From contig CAZFRF010000001.1 of the NCBI GenBank assembly GCA_964521295.1, forward strand, positions 140,675-204,674: a stretch of DNA of 64,000 nucleotides, written 5' to 3'. The stretch is from an uncultured Gammaproteobacteria bacterium (GTDB lineage Bacteria > Patescibacteriota > Microgenomatia > Levybacterales > UBA12049). Below the pieces are notes generated by a model. That model did not search any database and was not told where the DNA came from. It was given only the letters and a program-made list of their open reading frames with translations. Below are positions 25,709 through 36,072 of the stretch, one piece after another (the first letter of the stretch is position 1; each line of letters opens with the position of its first letter). A program made the translations under genes and the position numbers.

Positions 25709-26290
25709 TCAAGGAGTAATTTGCAGTTTAGGCCATTTCTTTAACCATTCTTTATTTTTAATTCTATTTATAAAAAGATCTGGATTGTGCTTGTAGGTTT
25801 TTTCATAATTTGGTATTTTTGTTAGTTTTAAATTTACTAAATCATCAATTCCCCATGGAGCTCCGACTTTTATTTTTCCTTTTTCTAACTTAACGCCAAC
25901 ACACGTTGCTGTCTCTGACCATTCCGCTAATGCCTCAAGGGAATTCTTATATGGTCTTCTTTTGTGATAGATATGCATTCTAGCTTGGTTAGTTACTGAC
26001 CATTTAATCTTGGGGAAAAGTTTAGTTAAATATTTTTGATATTCCTCTTCCTTTTTACTAGTAAAAGTATCTAGTTCATTTTTGGAAAAATCATTTTTAT
26101 CAAAATATATAACATCAATATCTGGTATTGGAGTTCTTGTTTTAAAATTATGTAGATAGTCCCAGATTTTACTTCTTACAAATCCGGCCCCAATCCACCA
26201 ATCAGGAAGATTAAGTTTCTCTACAGTATTTAAAACATTTATCATCCAATCATCTTGAGCAATTACTTTTGCGATGTCTTTAGTGGTCAT
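25709..26290 (-). CDS. nucleotidyltransferase-family protein (GAG...DIDV motif)
   Basis: IGAGFVRSKIWDY...PIPDIDVIYFD resembles an NTase-fold core. Confidence 0.4.
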   Translation of the reverse strand: MTTKDIAKVIAQDDWMINVLNTVEKLNLPDWWIGAGFVRSKIWDYLHNFKTRTPIPDIDVIYFDKNDFSKNELDTFTSKKEEEYQKYLTKLFPKIKWSVTNQARMHIYHKRRPYKNSLEALAEWSETATCVGVKLEKGKIKVGAPWGIDDLVNLKLTKIPNYEKTYKHNPDLFINRIKNKEWLKKWPKLQITP

Positions 26291-26700
26291 TTATTTTTTG
26301 AGGAAAAATATTCTTGCATTGGTTTCCAATAGAAATCTTTCCAACCTGTTTCTAAATCCTCTAAATATATTTCTGGTATGCCTGTTTGTTCAAATTCAAG
26401 TTTAGTTTGATTTTTTCCATGTTCTAAGAACTTAATTGTTATTTTACTAAAATGGTCTTCTGGCCACTGGTCTTCCTTTTCCCTCCAATTTTGTACAATC
26501 GTAAGTGTTTTTGGATCAATCTCTAAATTTTCTCCTTCAATATATTTATCCCAAGCGGTGAATTTTCCACCAACTACTGGATCAATTTTTGCCCCCCCGC
26601 CTGTCATCTCAGAGTGTGATTTACTATCTAGCCAAGCAGCAAAGGCAACATCGGGAGAACAATCTAAAACAACTGATTGCTTAATGGTTTTATCGTTCAT
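26287..26700 (-). CDS. SRPBCC/AHSA1-like small protein
   Basis: 137 aa with Trp-rich AHSA1-like sequence; overlaps the downstream gene by 4 nt. Confidence 0.4.
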   Translation of the reverse strand: MNDKTIKQSVVLDCSPDVAFAAWLDSKSHSEMTGGGAKIDPVVGGKFTAWDKYIEGENLEIDPKTLTIVQNWREKEDQWPEDHFSKITIKFLEHGKNQTKLEFEQTGIPEIYLEDLETGWKDFYWKPMQEYFSSKNK

Positions 26701-26747
26701 TGTTAGATTATAGCAAATACATTTTAGACGTGTTAGAATTTTAAATT

Positions 26748-27632
26748 ATGAAAAAGCCGCATTTTTTTAAAGCCAAGTCTAGACTTGGGCTTGTTAATAA
26801 ACCAAATAGAATGCCTGAATTAAATCTAGGAGTAGAACAGGGTCCTGATGTTATTTTAGAAAGTAATTTTTTAAATGAAATAGAAAATGCAACTGTTTCG
26901 AATTTTCATTTCCCTACTCCAGAAACAATTTCTAAAAATGAATTTTTTAATACTCTTTCCCAAAGCATGGTTAATTTTAAAAATTTAATAAATGCTAATA
27001 TAAAAAAATCTCAAATGCAGGTTGTTATTGGTGGAGATCATAGCGTTTCTCTTCCATCCTTCTTAGCGCTTTTAGAAAGAGTTGAGGATATTTCTAAAGT
27101 TGGCTATATTCATTTTGATTCTCATGGAGATATTAATCTTTTTAAAGATAGTCCTTCACAAAATTTTCATGGAATGTATCTAAGGCCACTTTTTTCAAAA
27201 TTTGATATTGAGCAGATTGATAAATTAATACCAAATAAATTGTCGCCTAAAAATTTATTAATAGTTGGTAATCTAGATTTAGATCAGGGAGAAAAAAACT
27301 TTATAGAAAGTTGTGGTATTCAAACTATTTCACAAGACAATTTTGAATTAGAAAATGAAAAATATTTAAAAATCTTTACAGATTTTGTTAAAAACTTTGA
27401 ATATTTACATGTAAGTTTTGATGGAGATGTGTTAGATAAAAGCATTTTTAAAGCAACTGGTATCCCAGCTGAAAGAGGTTTTTTGCTTTCTGAAGTATTA
27501 ACGTTATTTAATATTTTAAAAACTCATAAAAAATTAAGTTTTGACGTTTGTGAATTTAATCCTAAAAAAGAAGGAGCAATTGAATCAAAAATTATTGTTC
27601 AAAAATTACTTAAAGAAATTATTATGCAGTAA
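26748..27632 (+). CDS. arginase/agmatinase/formiminoglutamase-family metallohydrolase
   Basis: GGDHSVS and HFDSHGDIN manganese-binding motifs typical of the ureohydrolase family. Confidence 0.6.
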   Translation: MKKPHFFKAKSRLGLVNKPNRMPELNLGVEQGPDVILESNFLNEIENATVSNFHFPTPETISKNEFFNTLSQSMVNFKNLINANIKKSQMQVVIGGDHSVSLPSFLALLERVEDISKVGYIHFDSHGDINLFKDSPSQNFHGMYLRPLFSKFDIEQIDKLIPNKLSPKNLLIVGNLDLDQGEKNFIESCGIQTISQDNFELENEKYLKIFTDFVKNFEYLHVSFDGDVLDKSIFKATGIPAERGFLLSEVLTLFNILKTHKKLSFDVCEFNPKKEGAIESKIIVQKLLKEIIMQ

Positions 27633-28269
27633 TTGGAAATGTTTCTATGTAGGCAATAACTTGATCTATAGATGCGACGGTTTTTGCAGTAAATTCATCG
27701 TTTACTTGGGGATGAAATCCTAGGACTCCAAGTTTTGTTTGATCGGCTCCTGCCTGCCCAACTCTATCCAGATACGGCTTAATTGGCATTAAGCAAATTC
27801 CAAATCTTTCTTGAATTTCTTCGTCAGCATAAAGATCAATATAATCCAAGCACTTAGGACCTTTGAGATTAATTAAATCGCAACCTATTCCAGGTCTATG
27901 ATGTGGACAGCCAACCATTTTTCCGCTTACTGGTGTTTCATTAGACCTTCTGTTTCTAAGTTCAATTAATTCGTAGTTAAAAACTGTATCTAATCCGTCA
28001 ACAGCATATTCATCTGGTATTTCGCAGCTTCCAACTCCTATTCCGTCCATTTCCCAGGCTCTTTTAGCTATGCGCTTATATATTTCAAGCCAAAGGGTAT
28101 TGTGCGCTCCAGCAATAGCTTGATATTGAGAGATAGCATGAGCAATTGGACTTTCTATTTCTGCTTTAAAATCTGCATAGGTAGAAAGATTTGGATTGTG
28201 TTGAAATCCAGGAGTCATGTAGGGACTAATGTCTGGTCGGGGTATAAATTTTGGATTTTCCATGGGCAA
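27622..28269 (-). CDS. hypothetical protein (215 aa), G+C-rich
   Basis: Long ORF with several Cys/His (GCPHHRPGIGCD). No family recognised. Confidence 0.4.
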   Translation of the reverse strand: MPMENPKFIPRPDISPYMTPGFQHNPNLSTYADFKAEIESPIAHAISQYQAIAGAHNTLWLEIYKRIAKRAWEMDGIGVGSCEIPDEYAVDGLDTVFNYELIELRNRRSNETPVSGKMVGCPHHRPGIGCDLINLKGPKCLDYIDLYADEEIQERFGICLMPIKPYLDRVGQAGADQTKLGVLGFHPQVNDEFTAKTVASIDQVIAYIETFPITA

Positions 28270-28306
28270 AGTATAACATTATGAGGATAAATATACAAAC
28301 TATAGG

Positions 28307-29050
28307 TTAAGGTTGTTTAACATGAATACTACTGCTTCCCTTTACATCTTTTACTATTGCTTTTACCCCATGAAACAAGGACCTGGCAAGTAAGGGTGGA
28401 GTGTGGGAAACAACGTACAGAGTACTAGGTACTGAGGTTAATGTAAACCTGCCAATATTTCCAACTGTAGGTTTAATTTGAATTGCTCCTTGAGAATAAT
28501 CTCTATGAAAATCAACGAGTGTATCAAACGCATTAATACTACCTGTTAAGCGCATAAAGTAGCGAGAATATTCAGGATAGGTTGGAAGTTGTTTAGTTTC
28601 TTCGGGCAAGAAGTAACTAAACAATCTTGCAGTAACCATGCCCTCCGCTTGAGTTAATCTTCCTAAGCTTATCGGATCTTGCTCTGATTTTATTTTTTCA
28701 GTTAGACGTAGTAATCTTTCTAGATTTCTTAAAAATCCATTTTTTTGATCAGGTGAAATTTCACCAAGATTTACTTTTAATTTTTCCATTTCCGTTGCTA
28801 AAGCCTGATTCCCTCCCCAATCAAATTCTGTATTTCCTGATAGATATTCAACTGCAGTTTGATAAGTTGCTTTTCTTTTTACTGGATCTACTTCCGCATC
28901 GACATGATCATCTGCAATACGAATTGCACGAGTTAGATTTAGCCACACAGGTACTATCCCCTCTGGTAAGGGAGCTTTTAATTTTTGTTCAGCAACATTT
29001 TTTAATAGTCTGACTGTTCCTTGTCCAACTAGTTTTTCAGAGTTTGACAT
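28307..29050 (-). CDS. hypothetical protein (247 aa) with a DDxxD motif (possible terpenoid synthase-like fold)
   Basis: IADDHVDAEVD (DDxxD) near the N-terminus and a later acidic DTLVDFHRD segment. G+C-rich. Very tentative. Confidence 0.35.
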   Translation of the reverse strand: MSNSEKLVGQGTVRLLKNVAEQKLKAPLPEGIVPVWLNLTRAIRIADDHVDAEVDPVKRKATYQTAVEYLSGNTEFDWGGNQALATEMEKLKVNLGEISPDQKNGFLRNLERLLRLTEKIKSEQDPISLGRLTQAEGMVTARLFSYFLPEETKQLPTYPEYSRYFMRLTGSINAFDTLVDFHRDYSQGAIQIKPTVGNIGRFTLTSVPSTLYVVSHTPPLLARSLFHGVKAIVKDVKGSSSIHVKQP

Positions 29051-29107
29051 AAGCAGTGATTATAGCACTTAACGGAAGTTTTTGAGTATTTCTGAATATT
29101 TGTAGGA

Positions 29108-30046
29108 TTATTTTGTTATTTCTAGAATTACAAAAAGTAGATAAACACCAAGCATTATTAATCCGTTTTTACGAGACACGAAGTTTCGTGTTCTAAAGAA
29201 AAAATAAAACAAAGAAAGGGCAATCAAAATGAACATAAATGTAACGAAGAAATTGCTAACTGTTAATACTTCTCCGTTGTGAAGAATAGTAAAAAAACCA
29301 AACATAAAGCTAGTAACTGCTGCTCCTCCAATGTAGTCTCCCATTGCCAATTCTTTTTTGCCTGAAATAACTGATCTGATAGCAAGTGTAAGTTCAGGTA
29401 AATCTGTTCCTAGAGCAATAACAATAAGACTAATATAAAATGCGGGAATCTTAATTATGTCTGCAAAGTAAATTGTTTTATCAACAATTAATTGACTAGA
29501 AATGAAAATAATAATTAAACCAGCAATTATTTTAAGGATGTCTTTATAGGAATATACTTTTAAATTTAATAATTGTTGGTTATTGCGATTAAATATTCCC
29601 TTTTTTCGTTCTATTAAAAAAAGTAGAATTACATAAATAATCATTAAAATCGCTCCTTCTAGATTAGTGACTTTTTTATCTAAAATAAAAAGAGAAGGTG
29701 CAATAATTACACCCATTGTTGCTAGGAGTAAATTATTATCTAATTCATGTTTTAAACTTATGCCATTTCCAAAAACTGCTAGGGCTGGAATTACAACCAA
29801 AAATAAAACAACTATACCTCCTAAAAGATTTCCTACAAATATCTCTGCGTCATGATGAGCGACTGCCTGCATGCCAACTGAAAATTCAGGGGCTTGGGTA
29901 AGTATTCCTAGGAATACAAAAGAAAAAGCAAAGGTAGAAAGTCTTAATTTACCTGAAAATTTTGTCGTAGCTGAAACAATTAATCCCGCAGCAAACCAAG
30001 TAAGAATAAAGGAGACAATGTAAATCAGTACATTAGCTAAAAACAC
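29108..30046 (-). CDS. Na+/Ca2+ exchanger (CaCA) family membrane protein
   Basis: Two alpha-repeat-like segments (GNLLGG...; GTDLPELTLAIRSVISGKKELAMGDYIGGA) and about 10 TM helices. Confidence 0.55.
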   Translation of the reverse strand: MFLANVLIYIVSFILTWFAAGLIVSATTKFSGKLRLSTFAFSFVFLGILTQAPEFSVGMQAVAHHDAEIFVGNLLGGIVVLFLVVIPALAVFGNGISLKHELDNNLLLATMGVIIAPSLFILDKKVTNLEGAILMIIYVILLFLIERKKGIFNRNNQQLLNLKVYSYKDILKIIAGLIIIFISSQLIVDKTIYFADIIKIPAFYISLIVIALGTDLPELTLAIRSVISGKKELAMGDYIGGAAVTSFMFGFFTILHNGEVLTVSNFFVTFMFILIALSLFYFFFRTRNFVSRKNGLIMLGVYLLFVILEITK

Positions 30047-30129
30047 TGTAACAATTAGTATATAAAACTAAAAATAAATGCACAAGATGCGTATATTCAA
30101 TTAATTCATTTTACTGTATAATATATTGA

Positions 30130-30582
30130 ATGCATAAAACTTTTTATGCGAGTGGATTTATATATCACCTACCTACCCAACAAATTCTCTTGCAACAAAA
30201 ACAGTCTACTATATTACCTGCATCTCCTTGGGTTTTGTTTGAGAAAGAGCATGCAGAGAGTAAAAATCCCGAAGAAGTATTTAAGGCAATGTTATCAAAG
30301 TTACTAAATTGCAATTTAAATAATTTAAATAAAATCTACTCCTATACCAAGGATCATTCTAAAACTTATTCCTTGTTTTATGCTAGCGTTGATCAATTAA
30401 AAGAATTTTCTCCTAAAAATGGATATGTTTTTAAATGGTTTTCATTTAAAGAAATTGTAAGACTAAAAACTAATGAACAAACAAAACACGATATTATGAT
30501 TGGTCAAAGAGTGATTACTGCATTAAGCAGGGATAATTCTGTGAATTTACAAAAAATGATTGTAGATGCAGTAAGCGAATAA
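30130..30582 (+). CDS. hypothetical protein (150 aa)
   Basis: AT-rich ORF; no motif recognised. Confidence 0.3.
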   Translation: MHKTFYASGFIYHLPTQQILLQQKQSTILPASPWVLFEKEHAESKNPEEVFKAMLSKLLNCNLNNLNKIYSYTKDHSKTYSLFYASVDQLKEFSPKNGYVFKWFSFKEIVRLKTNEQTKHDIMIGQRVITALSRDNSVNLQKMIVDAVSE

Positions 30583-31797
30583 TTATTCAACAAAGGTAAG
30601 AGCAATTCCTTTTTTCCCCGCTCTTCCCGTTCTTCCAATTCGATGAATATAATCGTCATAGGATTCCGGTGCATCGTAATTGATGACATGTGAGACATTA
30701 TCAATGTCTAGACCTCTTGAGACAATGTCGGTTGCAGTTAATATTTGAATTTCGTGATTTTTAAATTGTTGAATTGCTCTTTGTCTTTGACCTTGCGTTT
30801 TGTTACCGTGAATTGCTGCAACTTTAAATCCCCTATTTAGTAAATCATTGGTAAGTTTTTGAACTCTCCATTTGGTTCTACCAAAAATAATTACTTTATC
30901 AAATTCAGGTTGAGTTAGTAAATTATGTAAGGCATCAATTTTTGTTTCTCCATTGGCTAATTTAATAATGTCTTGATCAATATTATTTACTGTTTCCTGT
31001 GTTTTAGCAGAAATTGTAACGGGGTTAGTTACAAAACTATTTAGAATTTCTTCAGTTTTTTTATTTATTGTTGCTGAGAAAAATAATGACTGTCTTTTTT
31101 TGGGAAGAAAAGAAATAATAAATTTAATATCATGAATAAAGCCAATGTCGACCATTTTGTCTACTTCATCCAAAACAACATTTTGAAATAAAGACAAGTC
31201 AATTCCTTTTCTAACTATTAAATCCTTAAGTCTTCCTGGAGTAGCTATAACAAAATGAGGATTGTGGTTAAGTCCATGTTTTTGCTTTTTAATATCAACC
31301 CCACCAATAAGTGCTACTACTTCAAGTTCAGTTCCTTTTGCAAAAATGCGATATTCATCTCTTATCTGAACAGCGAGCTCTCGAGTTGGAACTACAATTA
31401 AAGTGCGTTGGCTTCGGTCGAGAAAAGATTTATTAATAAGTGAAATTAAGAAAGCTGCCGTTTTACCAGTTCCAGTGTTGGCCATCGCAATAATATCTTT
31501 TCCATTAACAATTTCTGGGATAGTTTTTTCTTGAATTTCTGTTGGAATTTCATAACCATGATCTTTGATATTGCGTTTTAATTTATCAGTTATATTAAAT
31601 TCTGAGAAGTCTTTCGTTACAATGCTCTCTCTAACTACCTGAGTATTTATTTGAGTATCTTGATTTACTTTTTGAATAAATAAATTATGATCTAATTTTT
31701 TAATTTGTTTTTTATAATTATTTCTAAATCTTGGTTTAGAAAATTTAAAGGAATTAGTACTTCTTTTCATTTTTCTAAAATTATTATCGTTATACAT
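30583..31797 (-). CDS. DEAD-box ATP-dependent RNA helicase
   Basis: Motifs AMANTGTGKT (I), DEVD (II), SAT (III) and HRIGRTGRAG (VI). Confidence 0.85.
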   Translation of the reverse strand: MYNDNNFRKMKRSTNSFKFSKPRFRNNYKKQIKKLDHNLFIQKVNQDTQINTQVVRESIVTKDFSEFNITDKLKRNIKDHGYEIPTEIQEKTIPEIVNGKDIIAMANTGTGKTAAFLISLINKSFLDRSQRTLIVVPTRELAVQIRDEYRIFAKGTELEVVALIGGVDIKKQKHGLNHNPHFVIATPGRLKDLIVRKGIDLSLFQNVVLDEVDKMVDIGFIHDIKFIISFLPKKRQSLFFSATINKKTEEILNSFVTNPVTISAKTQETVNNIDQDIIKLANGETKIDALHNLLTQPEFDKVIIFGRTKWRVQKLTNDLLNRGFKVAAIHGNKTQGQRQRAIQQFKNHEIQILTATDIVSRGLDIDNVSHVINYDAPESYDDYIHRIGRTGRAGKKGIALTFVE

Positions 31798-31802
31798 ATA
31801 TT

Positions 31803-33044
31803 TTAATTAATATCATTTGAAATTTTGTTATTTACTAACTTATCTAACATTTGATGAAAATTATAAAACTGTTTTGTGGCTGTAAAGTTTAACTCAACAT
31901 TTTTTATTCCCGCGTTTATAAATTTTGTTCTTAATGAAGCATCATTTAGTAGAGTTTCAATTCTTTGAGCAATAATACTTGGGTCATTTGGTAAAACCAG
32001 GAATCCATTATACGAATCACTAATAATCTCAGGTATTCCTCCAACTTTTGTGCCAATAACAGGTAAGCCAGAGGCCATTGCCTCGATAAATACTTGTCCA
32101 AACGTTTCATTTTCTGAGGGAAGGATAAATATATTAGAACCCTTATATACACTAGGCATTTCTTTTAATTTAAATGTTTTTAAAATTGTTTGCTCCTCAA
32201 TATTATGCAATTTAATATATCCCTGTAGCATTTCATAGGCGATGTTAAATTCATTTTTTAAATTTTCAGGTGGTTTACCAATAGCGATTAGTAATCTTAA
32301 ATTTTTATATCTTGGTGCAATTTTAGAAAATGCTTGAATTAAATCAATTACTCCTTTTTGTTGCAATATATCCTTTTTGCCCCTAATAATTCTAGTAGCT
32401 GTTAGGATAATTTTATTTTCTTCATTTAATCCAAGGTCTGATTTTAAATCAAATTCAGGTTTAACGTTTTTATTGAATAATTTGGTATCAACTCCAAGAT
32501 AGTGAGTAGATATGTAATTAATATCTGTTCCTTTTTGGAAGCAATCGCCTGCAACGCTTTTACTAACGCATGTAATTGCATCCCATTTCAATTGATTAAT
32601 TAACTCAGTTTGTAATTCTGTCATTGCAAATGAATGTAATTGCAAAACCAATGGTATTTTGTATGTCATAGTTACCATCGTAAGTAGCAAGCTATATGCT
32701 GCAGGTAAATCAGTATGAAAATTTTCAGCGCAGATTATATCAATCTTTTCTGATTTAATTACGTCTTGTAAATTTTGAGCAAAAGTTTGTGCTTTTAAAG
32801 AAATGTCTTTCTTGCTTGGAATATTACTTCTTGATAAAAACAGGCTATTTAGATAATGGATGGTTACATCCCCTTCCTTAGTGGTGTAATCTTCTTTGTC
32901 TGTAGGCAGCATTAAATAAAGATGAGATTTATCTCCATCTTTGTAGTAATTAACTAGATTAGAGATATAACGCTCAATTCCCCCTATACTTTCAAATGGT
33001 GAATTTCGGCTAATAAATAAAATATTCATATAATTTATCCACAA
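31803..33044 (-). CDS. glycosyltransferase family 1 (GT4-type)
   Basis: C-terminal GT1 signature region (FILPSENETFGQVFIEAMASGLPVIGTKVGGIPEII). Confidence 0.7.
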   Translation of the reverse strand: MWINYMNILFISRNSPFESIGGIERYISNLVNYYKDGDKSHLYLMLPTDKEDYTTKEGDVTIHYLNSLFLSRSNIPSKKDISLKAQTFAQNLQDVIKSEKIDIICAENFHTDLPAAYSLLLTMVTMTYKIPLVLQLHSFAMTELQTELINQLKWDAITCVSKSVAGDCFQKGTDINYISTHYLGVDTKLFNKNVKPEFDLKSDLGLNEENKIILTATRIIRGKKDILQQKGVIDLIQAFSKIAPRYKNLRLLIAIGKPPENLKNEFNIAYEMLQGYIKLHNIEEQTILKTFKLKEMPSVYKGSNIFILPSENETFGQVFIEAMASGLPVIGTKVGGIPEIISDSYNGFLVLPNDPSIIAQRIETLLNDASLRTKFINAGIKNVELNFTATKQFYNFHQMLDKLVNNKISNDIN

Positions 33045-33245
33045 ACTTTCATGTTTTGCAAAAATGAAATGGATTTAATTATTGAGTAGATAAATTCGAA
33101 GTAATCAAATATCCTATCTATTAAAACAAAATCAAATATGAGCTTTTATTACAATTTGTAGTTAATTCATTGTACCCTAGTTGCAAGTTAAAGTCAATCA
33201 GACTATAGGTTTAAACAATTTGTAGAGATATCGATATTATTAAAA

Positions 33246-33280
33246 AAACTCCGCCATTAAGACGGAGTTTTGTTTTTTAA
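33246..33280. terminator. bidirectional intrinsic terminator (aaactccgtc-ttaa-gacggagttt flanked by A- and T-runs)
   Basis: 10-bp stem with T-run on + and A-run upstream. It lies downstream of the Hsp20 gene stop. Confidence 0.6.
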
Positions 33281-33292
33281 GACACGGTTTAT

Positions 33293-33739
33293 TTATTCTT
33301 CAAGATTTACTTGAATTTTTTTAGGTTGTGATTTAGGAGATTTCATAAAAGCTACAGTCATTATACCGTGCTTATATGTAGCTTTAGGATCTGAGTTTGT
33401 GTCTATATCACCTGGCACTGCAACTCTATAAGAGAATACTTTTGAAGCGTGTCGGTAATATTTTCTATTCTTGTCTTTTTCTTCCTCTTTTTCCTCTCCC
33501 CTTATCCAAAGATATCCATCTTGAAATGTTATCTCAACATTTTTAGGATCTATTCCTGGTAAAGATGCATCAATATAAACTTGATTTTCATCTTCAGAAA
33601 TAGATAAACCACTTGAACTGCTTGAAGTAGTTAGTAAGTCATCATCCTCCCAGATAGATGGAATCTTTATTGATGGAAAAGAAAACCAATTGTTTGGAAC
33701 AAGGTCGTATGCCATATTTCTCACCTCCTTCTTTAACAA
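33293..33739 (-). CDS. small heat-shock protein (Hsp20/alpha-crystallin)
   Basis: Alpha-crystallin domain (DENQVYIDASLPGIDPKNVEITFQDGYLWIRGE). The true start may be the internal MAYDLV. Confidence 0.7.
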   Translation of the reverse strand: MLKKEVRNMAYDLVPNNWFSFPSIKIPSIWEDDDLLTTSSSSSGLSISEDENQVYIDASLPGIDPKNVEITFQDGYLWIRGEEKEEEKDKNRKYYRHASKVFSYRVAVPGDIDTNSDPKATYKHGIMTVAFMKSPKSQPKKIQVNLEE

Positions 33740-33833
33740 TCTGTAATGTTAGCAATAATATACAACGAGTGCTAATTGTTGTCAAGACCCTTTTTTTAAT
33801 TAAATGCTTTCTTAAAATAGGAGATAGAAATAT

Positions 33834-34754
33834 TTAATTGTTATTGAAGAAATTCCAAATCAGAGCTGTAGCAGGAACGCTTTTTCCCAGTAGGATATTT
33901 TTATATTCCATAATGCTACCAAACCAAGCGTGTCCGCTGTTTTTAATTGTATAGGCTTCAATGTTTTTTAATTTATTTACCCCCTCATATTTATCAAGAA
34001 TTAAGTTCTCGTTTTCAGTGCTATCTTTTTTTATTGCTTGATTATTATTTACCCAAAAATCTACGGATTCCTTAAAAGACGTAAAAGTTGCACTTTTGTC
34101 TTTATTTAATCCTCCATGATATGGTATTAAGTTATCATTTTTACCATGCATAATTAAGATTGATACTGAGGCCTTAGGTTTCGGCAGGTTAAAATATGGA
34201 TCATTTGTTTTTACCTTTCCACCGATTGACCCAGATACAATTGCAAAAGCAGCAAATTTTTCAGGAGTATCAGCAGCAATTCTATATGTTAAAAGTCCCC
34301 CATTTGAAAAACCAGTTAAATATATTTTTTTAGGATTTACTTTATATTTTTTGGTTAAATCATCAACTAAGTTATTGATGAATGAAACATCATCTGCTTT
34401 ATTATTGAATGCTTCTCCGCAACACGATCCACCATTCCAGGAAAACTTCTTAGTTTTAATATTCTGTAAGCCATAAGGATAAACAACAATAAATTTTTGT
34501 TTATCTGAGAGTCTGCTCAGTCCTGAATATTGTTCAATAAATCTTGGATGATCTCCAAATCCATGTAGAGCAACCACTAATGGATATGAATTAGTTGGTT
34601 TATACCCAGAAGGCAGATGTAAAAGATACTCCCTATTAGTGTTTTGAAACTTAAAAGAATATTTTTTTGTTGATAAGAGTGAGAAATAATTTAGTACAAT
34701 GATAATTGAAAAAGAAAACAAAAGTACAATTAAGATTATTTTTATTTGCTGCAT
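33834..34754 (-). CDS. secreted alpha/beta-hydrolase esterase (PHB-depolymerase/LpqC-like)
   Basis: Signal/TM N-terminus, HGxGD-type oxyanion region (VALHGFGDHP) and GxSxG nucleophile (GFSNGG). Confidence 0.55.
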   Translation of the reverse strand: MQQIKIILIVLLFSFSIIIVLNYFSLLSTKKYSFKFQNTNREYLLHLPSGYKPTNSYPLVVALHGFGDHPRFIEQYSGLSRLSDKQKFIVVYPYGLQNIKTKKFSWNGGSCCGEAFNNKADDVSFINNLVDDLTKKYKVNPKKIYLTGFSNGGLLTYRIAADTPEKFAAFAIVSGSIGGKVKTNDPYFNLPKPKASVSILIMHGKNDNLIPYHGGLNKDKSATFTSFKESVDFWVNNNQAIKKDSTENENLILDKYEGVNKLKNIEAYTIKNSGHAWFGSIMEYKNILLGKSVPATALIWNFFNNN

Positions 34755-34793
34755 TATAAAAGTATAGCATTTTAGAAAGTGTAGTTATGACTT

Positions 34794-35747
34794 TTAGCTC
34801 AGTAATGTTTGAAGTCTAGGCTTATTAAGTTCTGTATAAAATACTTGTCTATCAATCCAACTACCTACACGTGATCTTTTTCGGTGACCTACATAATATG
34901 TTTTATCGCTATCCTCAACGATCATTCCATGTCCTATTCCCTTTTGAGGAGGAAATAATGCTTCAGTTGCCATTTCCCAGGATGCTGTCTCTAAAGGGTC
35001 TCCACCTTTATATTTAATTACTCCTGTTGAATATTCATCTGTCCAACTAGCATTTCCGGCTACAGTTAATCCTCTAAATTCCCCATCAAGTTCTATAGCT
35101 TGTGGCCCTTCGAGTATGGGTTGTACAGAGCAGCACCAAGGAATTGTTGGTCTTGCGACTAATCTTCTTGGACCAAGCTTGGTTGGACTTTCTCTTTTGG
35201 CAATATATATGTTTTGAGGAAATTGATCCGTAGGCTTTTCCCATCCCGACCAAACCGCATACGACTCGGGTCCTTGAGATCCAGGAATATTAATAAATGT
35301 CATATCAATTGCCCATGAGTCATCATCTTGGGGTGCTTCGATTTGTCCTAGGTCGGTCCATGGCCCAAGAGGACCATCATTTGTTCCATATACCCTTATT
35401 CTATGAGTATCATTATTTCCATTAACAGATTGAGCAACATATAAATAGTCTCCATCGATTTCACCAGCCCAGGATTGCGTCAAGATATTATCTAGAGATG
35501 TTCCAAGTGCAACTGGTTGTGCAGATGGAAGTTGCTCTATGGCTGGAGACGTGCGAAGAGTATATCCTTGTATTCCTTTATGTGCCAAGGGAGATGGGTC
35601 CAAATTTCCCTGGAGAAGAAGGTGCCAATTCCTACCTCTTTTAAAAAGAAAAGGATCAGCTCCAGCACATATATCCACTCCTAGAATTTCAGGAGCCAGA
35701 GATATCTCAGGCATTTGGCCTGCTCTCGTTTCAGATAAAGCCGTCAC
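34794..35747 (-). CDS. hypothetical protein, possibly a beta-propeller glycoside-hydrolase-like protein (317 aa), G+C-rich
   Basis: Repeated W/D-containing segments. Only weak resemblance to GH43/GH130-type folds. Confidence 0.3.
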   Translation of the reverse strand: MTALSETRAGQMPEISLAPEILGVDICAGADPFLFKRGRNWHLLLQGNLDPSPLAHKGIQGYTLRTSPAIEQLPSAQPVALGTSLDNILTQSWAGEIDGDYLYVAQSVNGNNDTHRIRVYGTNDGPLGPWTDLGQIEAPQDDDSWAIDMTFINIPGSQGPESYAVWSGWEKPTDQFPQNIYIAKRESPTKLGPRRLVARPTIPWCCSVQPILEGPQAIELDGEFRGLTVAGNASWTDEYSTGVIKYKGGDPLETASWEMATEALFPPQKGIGHGMIVEDSDKTYYVGHRKRSRVGSWIDRQVFYTELNKPRLQTLLS

Positions 35748-36072
35748 ATGATGAATATATCAAATTAGGTCAATATTTCAAGGTTTTAAGGATGAGATTT
35801 TCGTGGCTAAAGTGTAAGAAAATGGAAAGAAAACTATTTTCGCTTTGTTTTTTGGATAAAATACAGTCCTCCTAAAAGTATTCCATAAATTACTAAAGCA
35901 AGTAGAGTAACAATTAAAAGATTTGGTCCTTCTGGGTCATTTATAAAAAAAAGAATCCTCTTGAAAGTAAAAGAGAGATAAGTCCGAGAATTATTAATTG
36001 ATATTTGCTTGCTTTAATATTCATTTGAATAATTCTTCGTATGCTATCTTTGCCGAACGAAGTTATAACTTA

